A stretch of DNA of 64,000 bases from an uncultured Alphaproteobacteria bacterium (GCA_951801825.1 CATOOF010000001.1:200936-264935); one strand, 5' to 3'. Positions 51,873-63,391 are shown, counted from the stretch's first letter. Notes: generated by a model from the sequence alone, not told the origin. Translations and numbers: made by a program.

Positions 51873-52406
51873 TTATACTTTGCGAATGGAGAATTCGCAA
51901 CCGCAATAATTCTGGCGGTAAAAATCAGATGCGCGCCCTATTTGCTGACGCAGGCCCTCGTCCCACTTTATGGGGACATAGCAAACACCATTCTTGCATG
52001 TGGCCGTGCCCGCGTTGTCGACCTGGGTCTGGTCCTTGTGCCGCGACACCCCCAGCACCGATGCCACCGCGTCATATCCGTTTTCGCGTGCCCACGCCGC
52101 GGCGCGTGCAAAACGAAATTCAAAACACGCACTGCAACGCGCACCGCGTTCGGGCGCCGTCTCCATCCCGCGGACGGCGGCACGCCATGCATCGTGGTCG
52201 TATTCCAGCGTGGCATGCCCCACCCCCAGCATGTCGCAATAGCGGATTTGTTCCGCCATGCGTTTTTGGTATTCTTCAAATGGGTATATATTTGGATTGA
52301 AAAATAGCACGATAAAATCATCGACATCTGGGATTTGCCCGTCTGCCAACTGTTTTATCGCACCCGCACCGCATGGCGCACAGCAAGATAATAGAACCAA
52401 TCGCAT
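51873..52406 (-). CDS. queH: Epoxyqueuosine reductase QueH (DUF208)
   Basis: N-terminal LLSCCAPC and further conserved Cys residues. About 177 aa. Confidence 0.65.
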   Translation of the reverse strand: MRLVLLSCCAPCGAGAIKQLADGQIPDVDDFIVLFFNPNIYPFEEYQKRMAEQIRYCDMLGVGHATLEYDHDAWRAAVRGMETAPERGARCSACFEFRFARAAAWARENGYDAVASVLGVSRHKDQTQVDNAGTATCKNGVCYVPIKWDEGLRQQIGRASDFYRQNYCGCEFSIRKV

Positions 52407-52413
52407 GTTCGTT

Positions 52414-54405
52414 TTATTTATACTCCACGCCGATTTGCGTATCAGGGGGCAATTCTATGATTTTTTCTGTCGCCCCGCCCCGCCCCAGTTCGGCATCGCT
52501 GCACATCATGCCAAAGCTTTCTGTGCCGGCGACCGTGCGCTGTGAAATAGGCTTCTTTTGACCCGGCAACTTGCAGCCAACCGGCGCCAGAACAGATACC
52601 AGGCCCGCGCGAGCATTGGGCGCCGCGCATACAATTTGCAGCGCGTTGTTTACCCCGTCATCAACGGTTAAAATCTGCAGGCCGTCACGCGTCGGATGGG
52701 CCGCGGCGGCCACAATTTTTGCAACAACCGGGCGTGGTGCGTCGTCTTTTTTTGGCGCAAAGCGCTGGGTTAATTCCGCCACGCGCGCGTCATCAATACG
52801 CTCAAACAGGTTTTCTGGAACTGTGAACCCTTCGCCATCGGCGATGCGACGCTCAAACGCGCCCGGCCAGGTCAGGTCATGCGCCGTCGCAAATACATCG
52901 CGGATTTTTTCCGCCGCGTCCGGGATAAAGGGTGCAGATACACGCGAATACAGGTCTATTAACTGGAAACAGTTGTTCAACACCGCCCCGGCCGCGTCCA
53001 CGTCGCCGTTTTTAACCAGTGTCCATGGCGCCTTTATCGTCATGTATTCGTTTCCGATGGCGTACAACCCGCGCAGCGCGACAATTGCCGCGCGAAACTC
53101 GCATGCCGCCAGCGCCTTGGTTAATTCGTCGATTTTTTCATCGACCGCCGCGGCCAGTTGTGCATCCCACGCGCCGGCGGCCGGTATGGTCAGACCAAAG
53201 TTCTTTTCGGTCAGTTTTGTTGCACGCGATACAAAGTTCCCCAGCATGCCGTTCAAATCCTTGTTCACGATATCGGCAAAGCGTTCGATTGTAAAATCTG
53301 TGTCGTCTGTTTCGGGGGCTGACGCCATCAAGGCATATCGCCACGCGTCGCTTGGCGCGACATCAATCGCCGCATCCAGGAATATGCCGCGCTGTTCTGA
53401 TTTCGAGAATTTACCCCCCTCGAAATTTAAAAAGTTCATGGATTTGAGCATGTCGACCGTTTTCCATCCGTCATCAACGGCCAATTGCTGTTCCGGGAAA
53501 AATACAGCGTGGAATTTTACGTTATCCTTGCCCATAAACTGTGCATAGTGCGTATCCGGATTTTTCCACCATGACGCCCAGTCGGGGGTTGCCGCCTGGG
53601 AAATAGATACATATCCCCACGGCGCGTCAAACCATACATAGAAAACCTTGTCTTCAAAGCCGGGCTTGTTTACCGAAATGCCCCACGGTAAATCGCGTGT
53701 AATCGACGTGTCGAACAGTTCGTCATTGGCCCATCCCATTGCAATCGCGCCGGCGGTCTTTGACCATTTTGGCGCGGCGGTCTTTAACCATTCGTGCCAT
53801 TCGTCTTGGACGCGGGATGCCAAAAAGAACAGGTTTTTTGTCGGGCGCATTTCAATTTTGTCCGACCCTGAAATGGTAGAACGCGGATTGATTAATTCTG
53901 TTGCTTCATACGTTGCGCTGCATTTATCGCACTGGTCGCCGCGGGCCTTTTCATAACCGCATTTGGGGCACGTTCCAACCAACTGGCGGTCGGCCAGGAA
54001 CATGTTGTCATCGACCGAGAACGGCTGAATTGTTTCGCGTTCTTCGATTAAGCCCCGCGCGTCAAGGCGTGTAAATAAATCATGTATCAACTTTTCTTGT
54101 AAATCGGTGTGCGTGCGGCCATACAAATCAAACGACAGGTTAAAATCACGCACCGCGCGCAGATGTTTTTCATAATACTTGTTGTTGTATTCGATGACGG
54201 GTACGCCCTCTTTTGCGGCGCCGACAACGGCCGCTGTGCCGTGCTCGTCCGCGCCGCAGATATACAGTACGTCATTCCCGCGCGCCCGGCAGAATCGCGC
54301 ATACACGTCACTGGGCAGCCAGCATCCTACAAGATGCCCCAAATGCAGTTCGCCGTTTACATACGGCAATGCGGATGTAATCAAAACTTTTTTATTGTCT
54401 GCCAT
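52414..54405 (-). CDS. metG: Methionine--tRNA ligase
   Basis: HIGH (YVNGELHLGHL) and KMSKS (KFSKS) motifs, the zinc knuckle CPKCG...CDKC and a C-terminal tRNA-binding domain. Confidence 0.9.
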   Translation of the reverse strand: MADNKKVLITSALPYVNGELHLGHLVGCWLPSDVYARFCRARGNDVLYICGADEHGTAAVVGAAKEGVPVIEYNNKYYEKHLRAVRDFNLSFDLYGRTHTDLQEKLIHDLFTRLDARGLIEERETIQPFSVDDNMFLADRQLVGTCPKCGYEKARGDQCDKCSATYEATELINPRSTISGSDKIEMRPTKNLFFLASRVQDEWHEWLKTAAPKWSKTAGAIAMGWANDELFDTSITRDLPWGISVNKPGFEDKVFYVWFDAPWGYVSISQAATPDWASWWKNPDTHYAQFMGKDNVKFHAVFFPEQQLAVDDGWKTVDMLKSMNFLNFEGGKFSKSEQRGIFLDAAIDVAPSDAWRYALMASAPETDDTDFTIERFADIVNKDLNGMLGNFVSRATKLTEKNFGLTIPAAGAWDAQLAAAVDEKIDELTKALAACEFRAAIVALRGLYAIGNEYMTIKAPWTLVKNGDVDAAGAVLNNCFQLIDLYSRVSAPFIPDAAEKIRDVFATAHDLTWPGAFERRIADGEGFTVPENLFERIDDARVAELTQRFAPKKDDAPRPVVAKIVAAAAHPTRDGLQILTVDDGVNNALQIVCAAPNARAGLVSVLAPVGCKLPGQKKPISQRTVAGTESFGMMCSDAELGRGGATEKIIELPPDTQIGVEYK

Positions 54406-54462
54406 TTTCTACCCCCGGTTTTATATAAAAACAGACGCCGCCGGGCGTCACGTTTTTTTATC

Positions 54463-54539
54463 TGGTGGGTGGTATTGGACTCGAACCAACGACCTTTACG
54501 ATGTCAACGTAACGCTCTAACCAACTGAGCTAACCACCC
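54463..54539 (-). tRNA. tRNA-Val (GAC)
   Basis: Minus-strand cloverleaf: GGGTGGTTAGCTCAGTTGGTTAGAGCGTTACGTTGACATCGTAAAGGTCGTTGGTTCGAGTCCAATACCACCCACCA. Confidence 0.8.
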
Positions 54540-54549
54540 AAAACTTACA

Positions 54550-54622
54550 GGTGCCCTTGTCCATGAAACCAACAACCTTACGATATCAACGTAACGCGGC
54601 TTCCCAACCGAGCTAACCACCC
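54550..54622 (-). pseudogene. Decayed tandem copy of tRNA-Val (tRNA pseudogene)
   Basis: The 5' half (acceptor, D-arm and anticodon arm) is recognisably similar to the adjacent tRNA-Val. The anticodon has mutated to GAT. The T-arm and 3' acceptor no longer pair. Confidence 0.45.
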
Positions 54623-54715
54623 GCACGCCCGATTATAGCAAAGAAAAATAGGATTGCAATATTAAATTGCCTCCGCCGCGGTCTAAGAAAAAAAGCCGGT
54701 GTTTACCGGCCTTTT

Positions 54716-56074
54716 TTATTTCTTTTCAGCGTTGGTTTTCAGCCAGCCTTCCAGCCAGTGGTTATCAAACGCCAGTGTTTTTACATCCTTGTTCTTAAGC
54801 AGTTTTTGCTGTAGCGGGATTGTTGTCTTAACACCTTCGATAACGAATTCATCCAACGCACGCTGGGCGCGCATAATGCATGCGGGCCGCGATTGCGCAT
54901 GAACAATCAGTTTTGCAATCATTGAATCATACGTCGGTGGAATGGTATATCCGGTGTAAACCGCGCTGTCCACGCGCACACCCAGCCCACCCGACGGCGC
55001 ATACAGGGATATCTTGCCCGGGTTTGGTGTAAAGTTTTCCGGATCTTCGGCATTGATACGGAATTCAATTGCGTGTCCATGCGGAACAACATTAGACTGG
55101 GTATATCCCAGCTTTTCGCCCGCCGCCACACGAATTTGTTCGCGAACCAGGTCGACGCCGTATACCATTTCTGTTACCGGATGTTCCACCTGCAGACGGG
55201 TGTTCATTTCCAGAAAATAGAACTTGCCGTTTTCAAACATGAATTCAAACGTGCCGGCATTTGTATAGCCCATTTTTTTTGCCGCCGTTTTACAGATTTC
55301 AATCATGTCGTCGCGCTGTTTCTGGGTCAGTGCCGCCGCCGGGCATTCTTCCATTACCTTTTGATTTTTTCGCTGTAACGAACAGTCGCGTTCGCCAAAA
55401 ATCACAACGTTGCCGTGTTTGTCCCCCAGAACCTGAAATTCAATATGTCGCGGGTGCAGCAACAGCTTTTCCATATACAGCGTGTCGTCGCCAAATCCGG
55501 ATTTTGCCTCTTGCTTTGTAATCTGAAACGCCTCTGCCATTTCGGCTGCGCTGTGTACGGGGCGCATGCCGCGTCCGCCGCCGCCGGCCGATGCCTTCAG
55601 CATTACCGGATATCCTATCTTTTCCGCCGCGTCCAGTGCCGCCTCAAGTGTTTCGACCGCGCCGTCACTGCCCGGCACCACCGGCAGGCCGCATTCAATC
55701 GCGGTCCGTTTTGCGTTAACCTTGTCGCCCATGCGTTCTATCATGTCGGCGTCGGGGCCGATCCATATCAGACCGTGGTTTGCCACCTTGCGTGCGAAAT
55801 CGGCGCGTTCGGACAGAAATCCATAACCCGGGTGAATCGCATCCGCATTGGTCAGCAGTGCCGCCGTTAAAATCGCGGACTCGTTCAGATATGAATCACG
55901 CGACGGGCCCGGTCCGATACATACGGATTCGTCAGCCAGCTGTACATGCATGGCGTTTTTATCAACCGTGGAATACACGGCAACCGTGCGTATGCCCATA
56001 TCGCGGCATGCGCGAATTATTCGCAGGGCAATTTCCCCGCGGTTTGCAATTAAAACTTTTTTTATCTGTGACAT
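54716..56074 (-). CDS. accC: Acetyl-CoA carboxylase biotin carboxylase subunit
   Basis: ATP-grasp MSQIKKVLIANRGEIALRIIRAC. 452 aa. Confidence 0.9.
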   Translation of the reverse strand: MSQIKKVLIANRGEIALRIIRACRDMGIRTVAVYSTVDKNAMHVQLADESVCIGPGPSRDSYLNESAILTAALLTNADAIHPGYGFLSERADFARKVANHGLIWIGPDADMIERMGDKVNAKRTAIECGLPVVPGSDGAVETLEAALDAAEKIGYPVMLKASAGGGGRGMRPVHSAAEMAEAFQITKQEAKSGFGDDTLYMEKLLLHPRHIEFQVLGDKHGNVVIFGERDCSLQRKNQKVMEECPAAALTQKQRDDMIEICKTAAKKMGYTNAGTFEFMFENGKFYFLEMNTRLQVEHPVTEMVYGVDLVREQIRVAAGEKLGYTQSNVVPHGHAIEFRINAEDPENFTPNPGKISLYAPSGGLGVRVDSAVYTGYTIPPTYDSMIAKLIVHAQSRPACIMRAQRALDEFVIEGVKTTIPLQQKLLKNKDVKTLAFDNHWLEGWLKTNAEKK

Positions 56075-56078
56075 GGCT

Positions 56079-56528
56079 TTATTCGATTACAATCAGGGGT
56101 TGGTCGAATTCAACAGCCTGGCCGTCGGAAACCAGAATTTCTTTTACGATGCCGTCCTTGTCAGACTTGATCGGGTTGAATGTTTTCATTGCCTCAACCA
56201 ATGCAACAGTATCGCCGGCCTTTATTGATGCGCCCACGGTTGTAAACGGTTTTGCGCCGGGCTCCGGTGCCAGGTATGCAACACCCACCATCGGGGATTT
56301 CAAGGCATATCCTGACACAGTGTTCTTGGCCGGTTCGCTGTTTGTCTGTTTTGCATCCGCCGCAACAGGAAGGCTGGGCATTGCGACCGCCGTTGCCGGC
56401 TGCTGCTTTGACAGATGAATATGCTTGCGGTATACGCCGAACAAGAACTGGCGTTCCAGGTCCAGCTCCGTAATTCCCATGTCGTCCATAATCTTGGACA
56501 TGTTTTCTACGTTTGCACGAAAAGACAT
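56079..56528 (-). CDS. accB: Biotin carboxyl carrier protein of acetyl-CoA carboxylase
   Basis: Biotinyl-lysine motif EAMKT (EAMKM variant) in a C-terminal lipoyl-like domain. Confidence 0.8.
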   Translation of the reverse strand: MSFRANVENMSKIMDDMGITELDLERQFLFGVYRKHIHLSKQQPATAVAMPSLPVAADAKQTNSEPAKNTVSGYALKSPMVGVAYLAPEPGAKPFTTVGASIKAGDTVALVEAMKTFNPIKSDKDGIVKEILVSDGQAVEFDQPLIVIE

Positions 56529-56587
56529 TTTTAATCCTTATGTTTGTTTTATTTCTCGGGGGAATTTTACCACAATCGACAAACTTG

Positions 56588-56803
56588 TCAAGGCACGGGG
56601 TCATAACCGCATCCCCCGCCGGGCCGACAGCGTAAAATTCGCCGCATCCCCATTATGCATCCGCGGACCAGGCCGTGTTTCTGTATTGCCTGTGCGGCAT
56701 ATTCACTGCACGTGGGGGTAAATCGGCATGCGGCGCGTCCGCCGATAAAAGGGGATATGCCCGCCTGGTACATGCGGATAATCCATATTGCCGCCTTAGA
56801 CAT
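56588..56803 (-). CDS. yidD: Membrane protein insertion efficiency factor YidD
   Basis: YQ..ISP...CRFTPTCSEY...GCGYDPVP signature. An 8-nt overlap with rnpA. Confidence 0.8.
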   Translation of the reverse strand: MSKAAIWIIRMYQAGISPFIGGRAACRFTPTCSEYAAQAIQKHGLVRGCIMGMRRILRCRPGGGCGYDPVP

Positions 56804-57140
56804 TGTTGATGTTTTGCCGCCCCAGGTAATGCAGGGCTTTCTTCATTGCGACGCGCCCGTCTGTACGGGTTGCCTTTAAAATATCGCGTCTTGATATGAA
56901 TATATAGTCACGGTCCGGGCGCATCAGTTTTTCATTGAATGCAATCCAGTCGCGCAGCAGTCTCTTTGCCCGGTTGCGGTCAACGGCGTGCTTAAACATG
57001 CGTTTTGTAACGACCAGGCCATACTGAGGGTCGTCGGGCAGACGCGCCGCACGCATGCGGATTAGAAACAACGAACTGCGTGCCGTCAAATCGGTTTCTG
57101 CCATTAAAAAGTGTTTGTGTTGCTTTATTGTGTTTCTCAT
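56796..57140 (-). CDS. rnpA: Ribonuclease P protein component
   Basis: Basic RNR-motif region KRMFKHAVDRNRAKRLLRD. No rpmH is visible upstream. Confidence 0.75.
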   Translation of the reverse strand: MRNTIKQHKHFLMAETDLTARSSLFLIRMRAARLPDDPQYGLVVTKRMFKHAVDRNRAKRLLRDWIAFNEKLMRPDRDYIFISRRDILKATRTDGRVAMKKALHYLGRQNINNV

Positions 57141-57178
57141 GGCGCCAATAATAGCACAATATAACAATAGTCAAATAA

Positions 57179-58315
<1,137 letters not shown>

Positions 58316-58352
58316 AAACAAGGCCGGGTTTCCTCCGGCCTTGTTTTTTTTG
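58316..58352 (+). terminator. Rho-independent terminator after mreB
   Basis: Hairpin aacaaggccgg-gtttcct-ccggccttgtttttttt. Confidence 0.55.
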
Positions 58353-58376
58353 AAAAATATTTGTAATATCGGCCCG

Positions 58377-59438
58377 ATGATAGAACGGCTGACCTTAACA
58401 GATTTTAGAAATCATGCGCTGGGGCGAATAGAAACCGGCTCGCGGCGCAATGTTATTATTACCGGCCCCAATGGCGCCGGCAAGACCGCCATACTAGAGG
58501 CGGTGTCAATACTTTCCGGCGACCGCGGAATGCGTGGTGCGCCGATGTCTGATATTGTACGTTTTGGCGCCGGCGGTTTTTCGGCGCATGCCCTGCTATC
58601 GGATGATACAGAGATTGCCGTTACGTATGCCGCCGGCGATACAAACCGGCGTGCCCGCATTGACGGTAATGCGGCGCGTCTGCCCGATTTGTCGGCCCGC
58701 CTGCGTGTGGTATGGATAACACCGCGCGAAGACAGGCTGTTTGTAGACGGCGCCGCCGAACGTCGTGCTTTCTTCGATAGACTGGCCGGGGCGTTCGACG
58801 GGCGCCATGCCGGGCGCGTTGCACGGATGTCAAAACTGATGTCAGAGCGCGCGGGCGTACTAAAGGCCGGGGGGGATGCTAAATGGCTTGATGCGCTGGA
58901 TGCCCAGATTGCGGCCGCGGCTGTTGCAATCGCGGCCGCGCGTATACAGTATGCGGGTGAAATTAATTATTTTCTTTCCTCTGCCGCGGTATCTGTGGCG
59001 GGGCTGGTGGAAAATATGGTTATGGCCGACGGTCCCGCGGCAGAGGAAAAATATTTGGCCTATCTGCAGGAAAACCGTACGCTTTGCGGCGACAAAATGA
59101 TTGTTGACGGCCCGCATAAATCGGATTTTGGCGTGTTTAACAAAACATTGAGCCTGCCCGTGCACTTAACCAGTACGGGCCAGCAAAAATCTGTGCTGTT
59201 GGATTTGATTTTGGCGCATGCGAAACTGATGCAGGCCAAGGTTTGTGTTCGCCCAATAATTCTTCTGGACGAGGCGGCAGCCCATCTGGACGCCGCGGCG
59301 CGCCGGCGGTTGTTTGATGCGCTTTCCGCGGCCGATGCCCAGGTTTGGGCAACCGGGCTGGACAGGGGTGTGTTTTCAGATGTCTCTGATGCCGCATTTG
59401 TTGCTTGCGCGGATGGTGCGATAAATAATATACTTTAA
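58377..59438 (+). CDS. recF: DNA replication and repair protein RecF
   Basis: Walker A ITGPNGAGKTAILEA, signature STGQQK and Walker B ILLLDE. The start MIERLTL lies after the mreB terminator. Confidence 0.85.
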   Translation: MIERLTLTDFRNHALGRIETGSRRNVIITGPNGAGKTAILEAVSILSGDRGMRGAPMSDIVRFGAGGFSAHALLSDDTEIAVTYAAGDTNRRARIDGNAARLPDLSARLRVVWITPREDRLFVDGAAERRAFFDRLAGAFDGRHAGRVARMSKLMSERAGVLKAGGDAKWLDALDAQIAAAAVAIAAARIQYAGEINYFLSSAAVSVAGLVENMVMADGPAAEEKYLAYLQENRTLCGDKMIVDGPHKSDFGVFNKTLSLPVHLTSTGQQKSVLLDLILAHAKLMQAKVCVRPIILLDEAAAHLDAAARRRLFDALSAADAQVWATGLDRGVFSDVSDAAFVACADGAINNIL

Positions 59439-59454
59439 TCCATAGGAAAAGGAT

Positions 59455-59919
59455 ATGAGCAAGATAGATTATCAAACCCTGTTGGACAATGCGCTGAAAA
59501 CCGTGGTAAAAGATGCGCTGATTCATGCACAATTTAATGGTCTGGGGGATGGTACGCATTTTTTTATAACGTTCAAGACACGCGACGCGGGCGTGGTTTT
59601 GCCGGATTTTTTGCGTATACGTTATCCTGATATCATGACGATTGTGTTGCAGTATTCATATAACAACCTTCATGTTTCAGACAAGGAATTCGGGGTCCAG
59701 TTGACTTTTGACGGTCGTCCGTTTTTTATACGCGTTCCGTTTTCTGCATTGGTTGAATTCAAAGACCCGTCTGTTGATTTTATGCTCTCGTTTCATCCAA
59801 AGGCGCAGCCTGCGGCGGATAATGATATGGAATTGCCGCTGGATGAAAAACCGGGCACTGTTGCGGACCCGGGGCGTGTGGTATCGCTGGATGATTTTCG
59901 TAAGAACAGGAACAAGTAA
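59455..59919 (+). CDS. sspB: ClpXP adaptor SspB (alphaproteobacterial type)
   Basis: RYPDIMTIVLQYSYNNLHVSDKEFGVQLTFDGRPFFIRVPFSALVEFKDPSVDFMLSF matches the alpha-SspB core. Acidic C-terminal tail. Confidence 0.7.
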   Translation: MSKIDYQTLLDNALKTVVKDALIHAQFNGLGDGTHFFITFKTRDAGVVLPDFLRIRYPDIMTIVLQYSYNNLHVSDKEFGVQLTFDGRPFFIRVPFSALVEFKDPSVDFMLSFHPKAQPAADNDMELPLDEKPGTVADPGRVVSLDDFRKNRNK

Positions 59920-60653
59920 TGGGAATAAAGCAAACGGCCGCAAATATAGTATGCGGCTTTATACCCGATAAGAAACTGCGTCATCGTGTACGTACGCGGC
60001 TTAATTATGATATCGGCGAGTATATCGATTTCGCCCGTCGTGACGCCGGGCGTCCGAACGCACGCGTTCGGACGTATTCCGGCCATGGTGGAATGAAGAA
60101 AATAATTGTCGTACTTGATGATGAGGTTGCGTACAAGTTCCCGTTGGTTGCGGCGAAAAAAGACACGCCGCGGCGCGAAAAGATGTTTGCGGATGCGTTT
60201 CGCGAAATATCCCCGATTACTATTCCTAAGATGGAGATATTGTCTTTCAATGGCATGGATGTTTTGAAATATGATTTCCTGCCTGGGAAAACATTGGCCG
60301 ACATGGACACGGCGACAATTTTAAAGCACGAGGATAAAATAGCGCGCCAGCTGGCATCGTTTATGTTTGAAATCGGGCGCAGTGATCCGAAGTCTATTCG
60401 GCATTTAAAGCCTGATGGCGCAACGACTGGGATGTTTTTCGGCTGGTACCATAATGACATCGGCGGTAATTTTGTGATAAATCCCGAAACCGGCGACATA
60501 GTTGCGTTTATAGATTGGGAAAGTGCGGCGTTTTGCAATATGCATCCTGATTTGATGCGTGCACTGCGTTTTTTGAACAAGCGCGGCGCGGGCAGTCTGA
60601 TAATGAAGACGGTGTTCGAGTATATTGCCCGCTATCAGGCGGAAAACAACTAA
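59919..60653 (+). CDS. Phosphotransferase-family (APH/ChoK-like) kinase
   Basis: Catalytic loop HNDIGGNFV (HxDxxxxN) and IDWE (DFG-equivalent). The start is uncertain and could be MKKIIVV at 60093. Confidence 0.55.
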   Translation: MGIKQTAANIVCGFIPDKKLRHRVRTRLNYDIGEYIDFARRDAGRPNARVRTYSGHGGMKKIIVVLDDEVAYKFPLVAAKKDTPRREKMFADAFREISPITIPKMEILSFNGMDVLKYDFLPGKTLADMDTATILKHEDKIARQLASFMFEIGRSDPKSIRHLKPDGATTGMFFGWYHNDIGGNFVINPETGDIVAFIDWESAAFCNMHPDLMRALRFLNKRGAGSLIMKTVFEYIARYQAENN

Positions 60654-60814
60654 GCGGGACATGTTCCCGCTTATTTTATTTGCAAACACGCAAATATAAT
60701 CTATAATCAAGGGGTGCGGGGATGAAAATTATTCTTTTGTGTATTTGTAAAAGAATGCAGAAACGAATGATTTTTCTCCGCATATAAATAAACTAAAAAA
60801 ATGGAGAAAAACCT

Positions 60815-62995
60815 ATGTTTTTTGGAAAATCTAAGAAAGAAACCGAAAACGCGGCAACGCGCTTAAACAATCCGGTTTTTGTTGAAATCCCGTATGGTGA
60901 TGAAACACTGCGCCTGGAAACAGGCCGACTGGCAAAGCAGGCAAATGGTTCTGTTTTGGCAACAATGGGCGGCACAATGGTATTGGCGACCATCTGTGCG
61001 GAAAAGTCCGCGGTAGAGGGTCAGGATTTCTTCCCCTTAACCGTTGATTATCAGGAAAAGTACGCGTCCGCGGGCCGCATTCCGGGCTCTCGCGATCGCC
61101 GCGAGGGTAAGGCGTCGACCGCTGAAACATTAACAGCGCGCTTGATTGACCGTCCGATACGTCCGCTGTTCCCGGAAACCTTTAAGAACAAGGTTCAAAT
61201 CATCGCCCAGGTTTTCTCGTATGACAAAAAGAACCAGCCTGACATTTTGGCAATGATTGCATCCAGTGCGGCGCTGGCCCTGTCGGGTGTTCCGTTCCAG
61301 GGACCAATTGGTGCGGCGCGTGTTGGCTATGCCGATGGTGCGTATGTTTTAAATCCTTCGCGTAAGTTCACAGAGGATTCAGAAATGGACCTGGTTGTTG
61401 CGGCGACCAAAGACGGTGTTTTAATGGTTGAATCCGAAATTGGCGAACTGGATGAGGCAACGACCCTGGGCGCGGTAAAGTTCGGTTTTGACGCGCAGCA
61501 GGCTGTAATCGCGGCGATTAACGAGCTGGCTGAAAAAGCGGGCAAGGAACGCTGGGCGACACCTGAAAAGTCTGCGGAATATATTGAAATGGAATCCGCG
61601 TTTGAAAAGTTCGCCGGCGACATCGAGGCCGCCCTGGCGATTAAGGAAAAGTTGGTTCGTCTGGACACACTGTCTGAGATTCACACCACCGCCAAGGCAA
61701 TGATTCCGGAACTGTTCCCGGATACAACGACGGCGTCATCCACACTGGAATCATGGGCGGACGAGATAGTAGAAAACATCACCGCACGCATCATGCGTGG
61801 CAACATCCTGGCGGGCAAGCCCCGTATCGACGGCCGCGACACCAAGACGGTGCGTCCGATTGAAATCGAGCTGGGTGTTTTACCGCGTGCGCACGGTTCC
61901 GCGCTGTTTACGCGTGGCGAAACACAGGCGTTGGTGTCTTTAACATTGGGCGGTGGCAAGGATGCACTGCCGATTGAAACACTCGACGGCGCCGAAGAAA
62001 AAGATTTCTTCTTAAACTATAACTTCCCGGGTTATTCCGTTGGTGAATGCAAGGGGCTGAAATCCCCGTCGCGTCGCGAACTGGGGCATGGTAACCTGGC
62101 ATGGCGTGCATTGCACCCGATGGTGCCCACACGCGCCCAGTTTGACTATGTAATCCGCGTTGTATCCGATATTTTGGAATCGAACGGTTCATCGTCGATG
62201 GCGACAACATGCGGCGCAACATTGGCAATGATGGATGGTGGCGTTCCGCTGACACGTCCGGTTGCGGGTATTGCGATGGGCCTGATAAAAGAAGGCGATG
62301 ATTACGCAGTTTTAACTGATATCTTGGGTGACGAAGACCACCTGGGCGACATGGACTTTAAGGTAACCGGAACAGACCGCGGTATTACCGCCCTGCAGAT
62401 GGATATCAAGATTACGTCCATTACATTTGAAATCATGGAAAAAGCCCTGGCCCAGGCCAAAGACGGCCGTATGCATATTCTGGGTAAAATCAATGCGGCG
62501 ATATCCGCCCCGCGCGACAAGGTTTCTGAATACGCGCCCCAGATGTATGTAATGAAAATCAACCCGGACAAAGTCCGCGAGGTTATCGGCAAAGGCGGCA
62601 GCGTGATTCAGGCCCTGACGCGGGAAACGAACACGAACATCGACCTGGAAGACGATGGCACTGTTAAAATCATGGCTGTTTCCAAAGAAGATGCCGACGA
62701 AGCCATCCGCCGCATCAAGGACATTACCGCAGAACCCGAAGTCGGCCAGATTTACGCCGGCACGGTATCGGGGGTAAAGGATTTCGGTCTGTTTGTGAAA
62801 ATCATGAACGGTTTTGAATCCATGGTTCATATTTCTGAAATCACGGGCAAACGCCTGGAGAAAATCGCAGATGCCGGCTACAAGGAAGGCGACAAGGTAT
62901 ATGTAAAATATCTGGGCGCCGACAAGCGTGGCAAGACACGTATGTCCATGGTTGGTATCGACCAGAAGACAGGTGCCGAGTCAAAGGCGGAATAA
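60815..62995 (+). CDS. pnp: Polyribonucleotide nucleotidyltransferase (PNPase)
   Basis: Two RNase PH domains plus KH and S1 domains. 726 aa. No rpsO immediately upstream. Confidence 0.9.
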   Translation: MFFGKSKKETENAATRLNNPVFVEIPYGDETLRLETGRLAKQANGSVLATMGGTMVLATICAEKSAVEGQDFFPLTVDYQEKYASAGRIPGSRDRREGKASTAETLTARLIDRPIRPLFPETFKNKVQIIAQVFSYDKKNQPDILAMIASSAALALSGVPFQGPIGAARVGYADGAYVLNPSRKFTEDSEMDLVVAATKDGVLMVESEIGELDEATTLGAVKFGFDAQQAVIAAINELAEKAGKERWATPEKSAEYIEMESAFEKFAGDIEAALAIKEKLVRLDTLSEIHTTAKAMIPELFPDTTTASSTLESWADEIVENITARIMRGNILAGKPRIDGRDTKTVRPIEIELGVLPRAHGSALFTRGETQALVSLTLGGGKDALPIETLDGAEEKDFFLNYNFPGYSVGECKGLKSPSRRELGHGNLAWRALHPMVPTRAQFDYVIRVVSDILESNGSSSMATTCGATLAMMDGGVPLTRPVAGIAMGLIKEGDDYAVLTDILGDEDHLGDMDFKVTGTDRGITALQMDIKITSITFEIMEKALAQAKDGRMHILGKINAAISAPRDKVSEYAPQMYVMKINPDKVREVIGKGGSVIQALTRETNTNIDLEDDGTVKIMAVSKEDADEAIRRIKDITAEPEVGQIYAGTVSGVKDFGLFVKIMNGFESMVHISEITGKRLEKIADAGYKEGDKVYVKYLGADKRGKTRMSMVGIDQKTGAESKAE

Positions 62996-63047
62996 TATGC
63001 ATGTGGCGCCGTAACCGGCGCCACACATTACGCAGGGGGAAGAGAAA

Positions 63048-63347
63048 ATGGATATGGAATCATTTATGGAACAGGCGCGCGTACTTCAGGACCGTGTTTC
63101 CGCCGCCCAGGATTTGCTGGATAAAACAACTGTTCGCGGTATTGCGGACGCCGGGGCGTGCATTGTTACCATGACGGGTAAATATGACCTGGTTGATATC
63201 AAGGTCAGCGATGCACTGGCCGGCCGCGATGCGGCGGCGATATCGGAAACGGTTTTGGCCGCATTTCGTGATGCCAAGGCAAAGGCCGATGCCACAATCG
63301 ACAAGATTATGGGCGATGCCACGGCGGGTATGCCGATGCCGGAATAA
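63048..63347 (+). CDS. ybaB: Nucleoid-associated protein YbaB/EbfC
   Basis: 99 aa with the N-terminal MEQARVLQDRV...LLDKT pattern and an acidic Met/Pro-rich C-terminus typical of YbaB. A terminator follows at 63369-63395. Confidence 0.7.
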   Translation: MDMESFMEQARVLQDRVSAAQDLLDKTTVRGIADAGACIVTMTGKYDLVDIKVSDALAGRDAAAISETVLAAFRDAKAKADATIDKIMGDATAGMPMPE

Positions 63348-63391
63348 TGATACAAATCATAAAAAAACACCGGGAAACCCCGGTGTTTTTT

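Noticed and set aside
52571-53548. 325-aa plus-strand ORF inside metG
   Set aside because: Antisense to a well-supported MetRS gene. Low-complexity Ala/Ser-rich translation.
63003-63027. Hairpin gtggcgccg-taac-cggcgccac after pnp as a terminator
   Set aside because: No following T-run. It may be an RNase III or PNPase autoregulatory-type structure or nothing, so it was not called.
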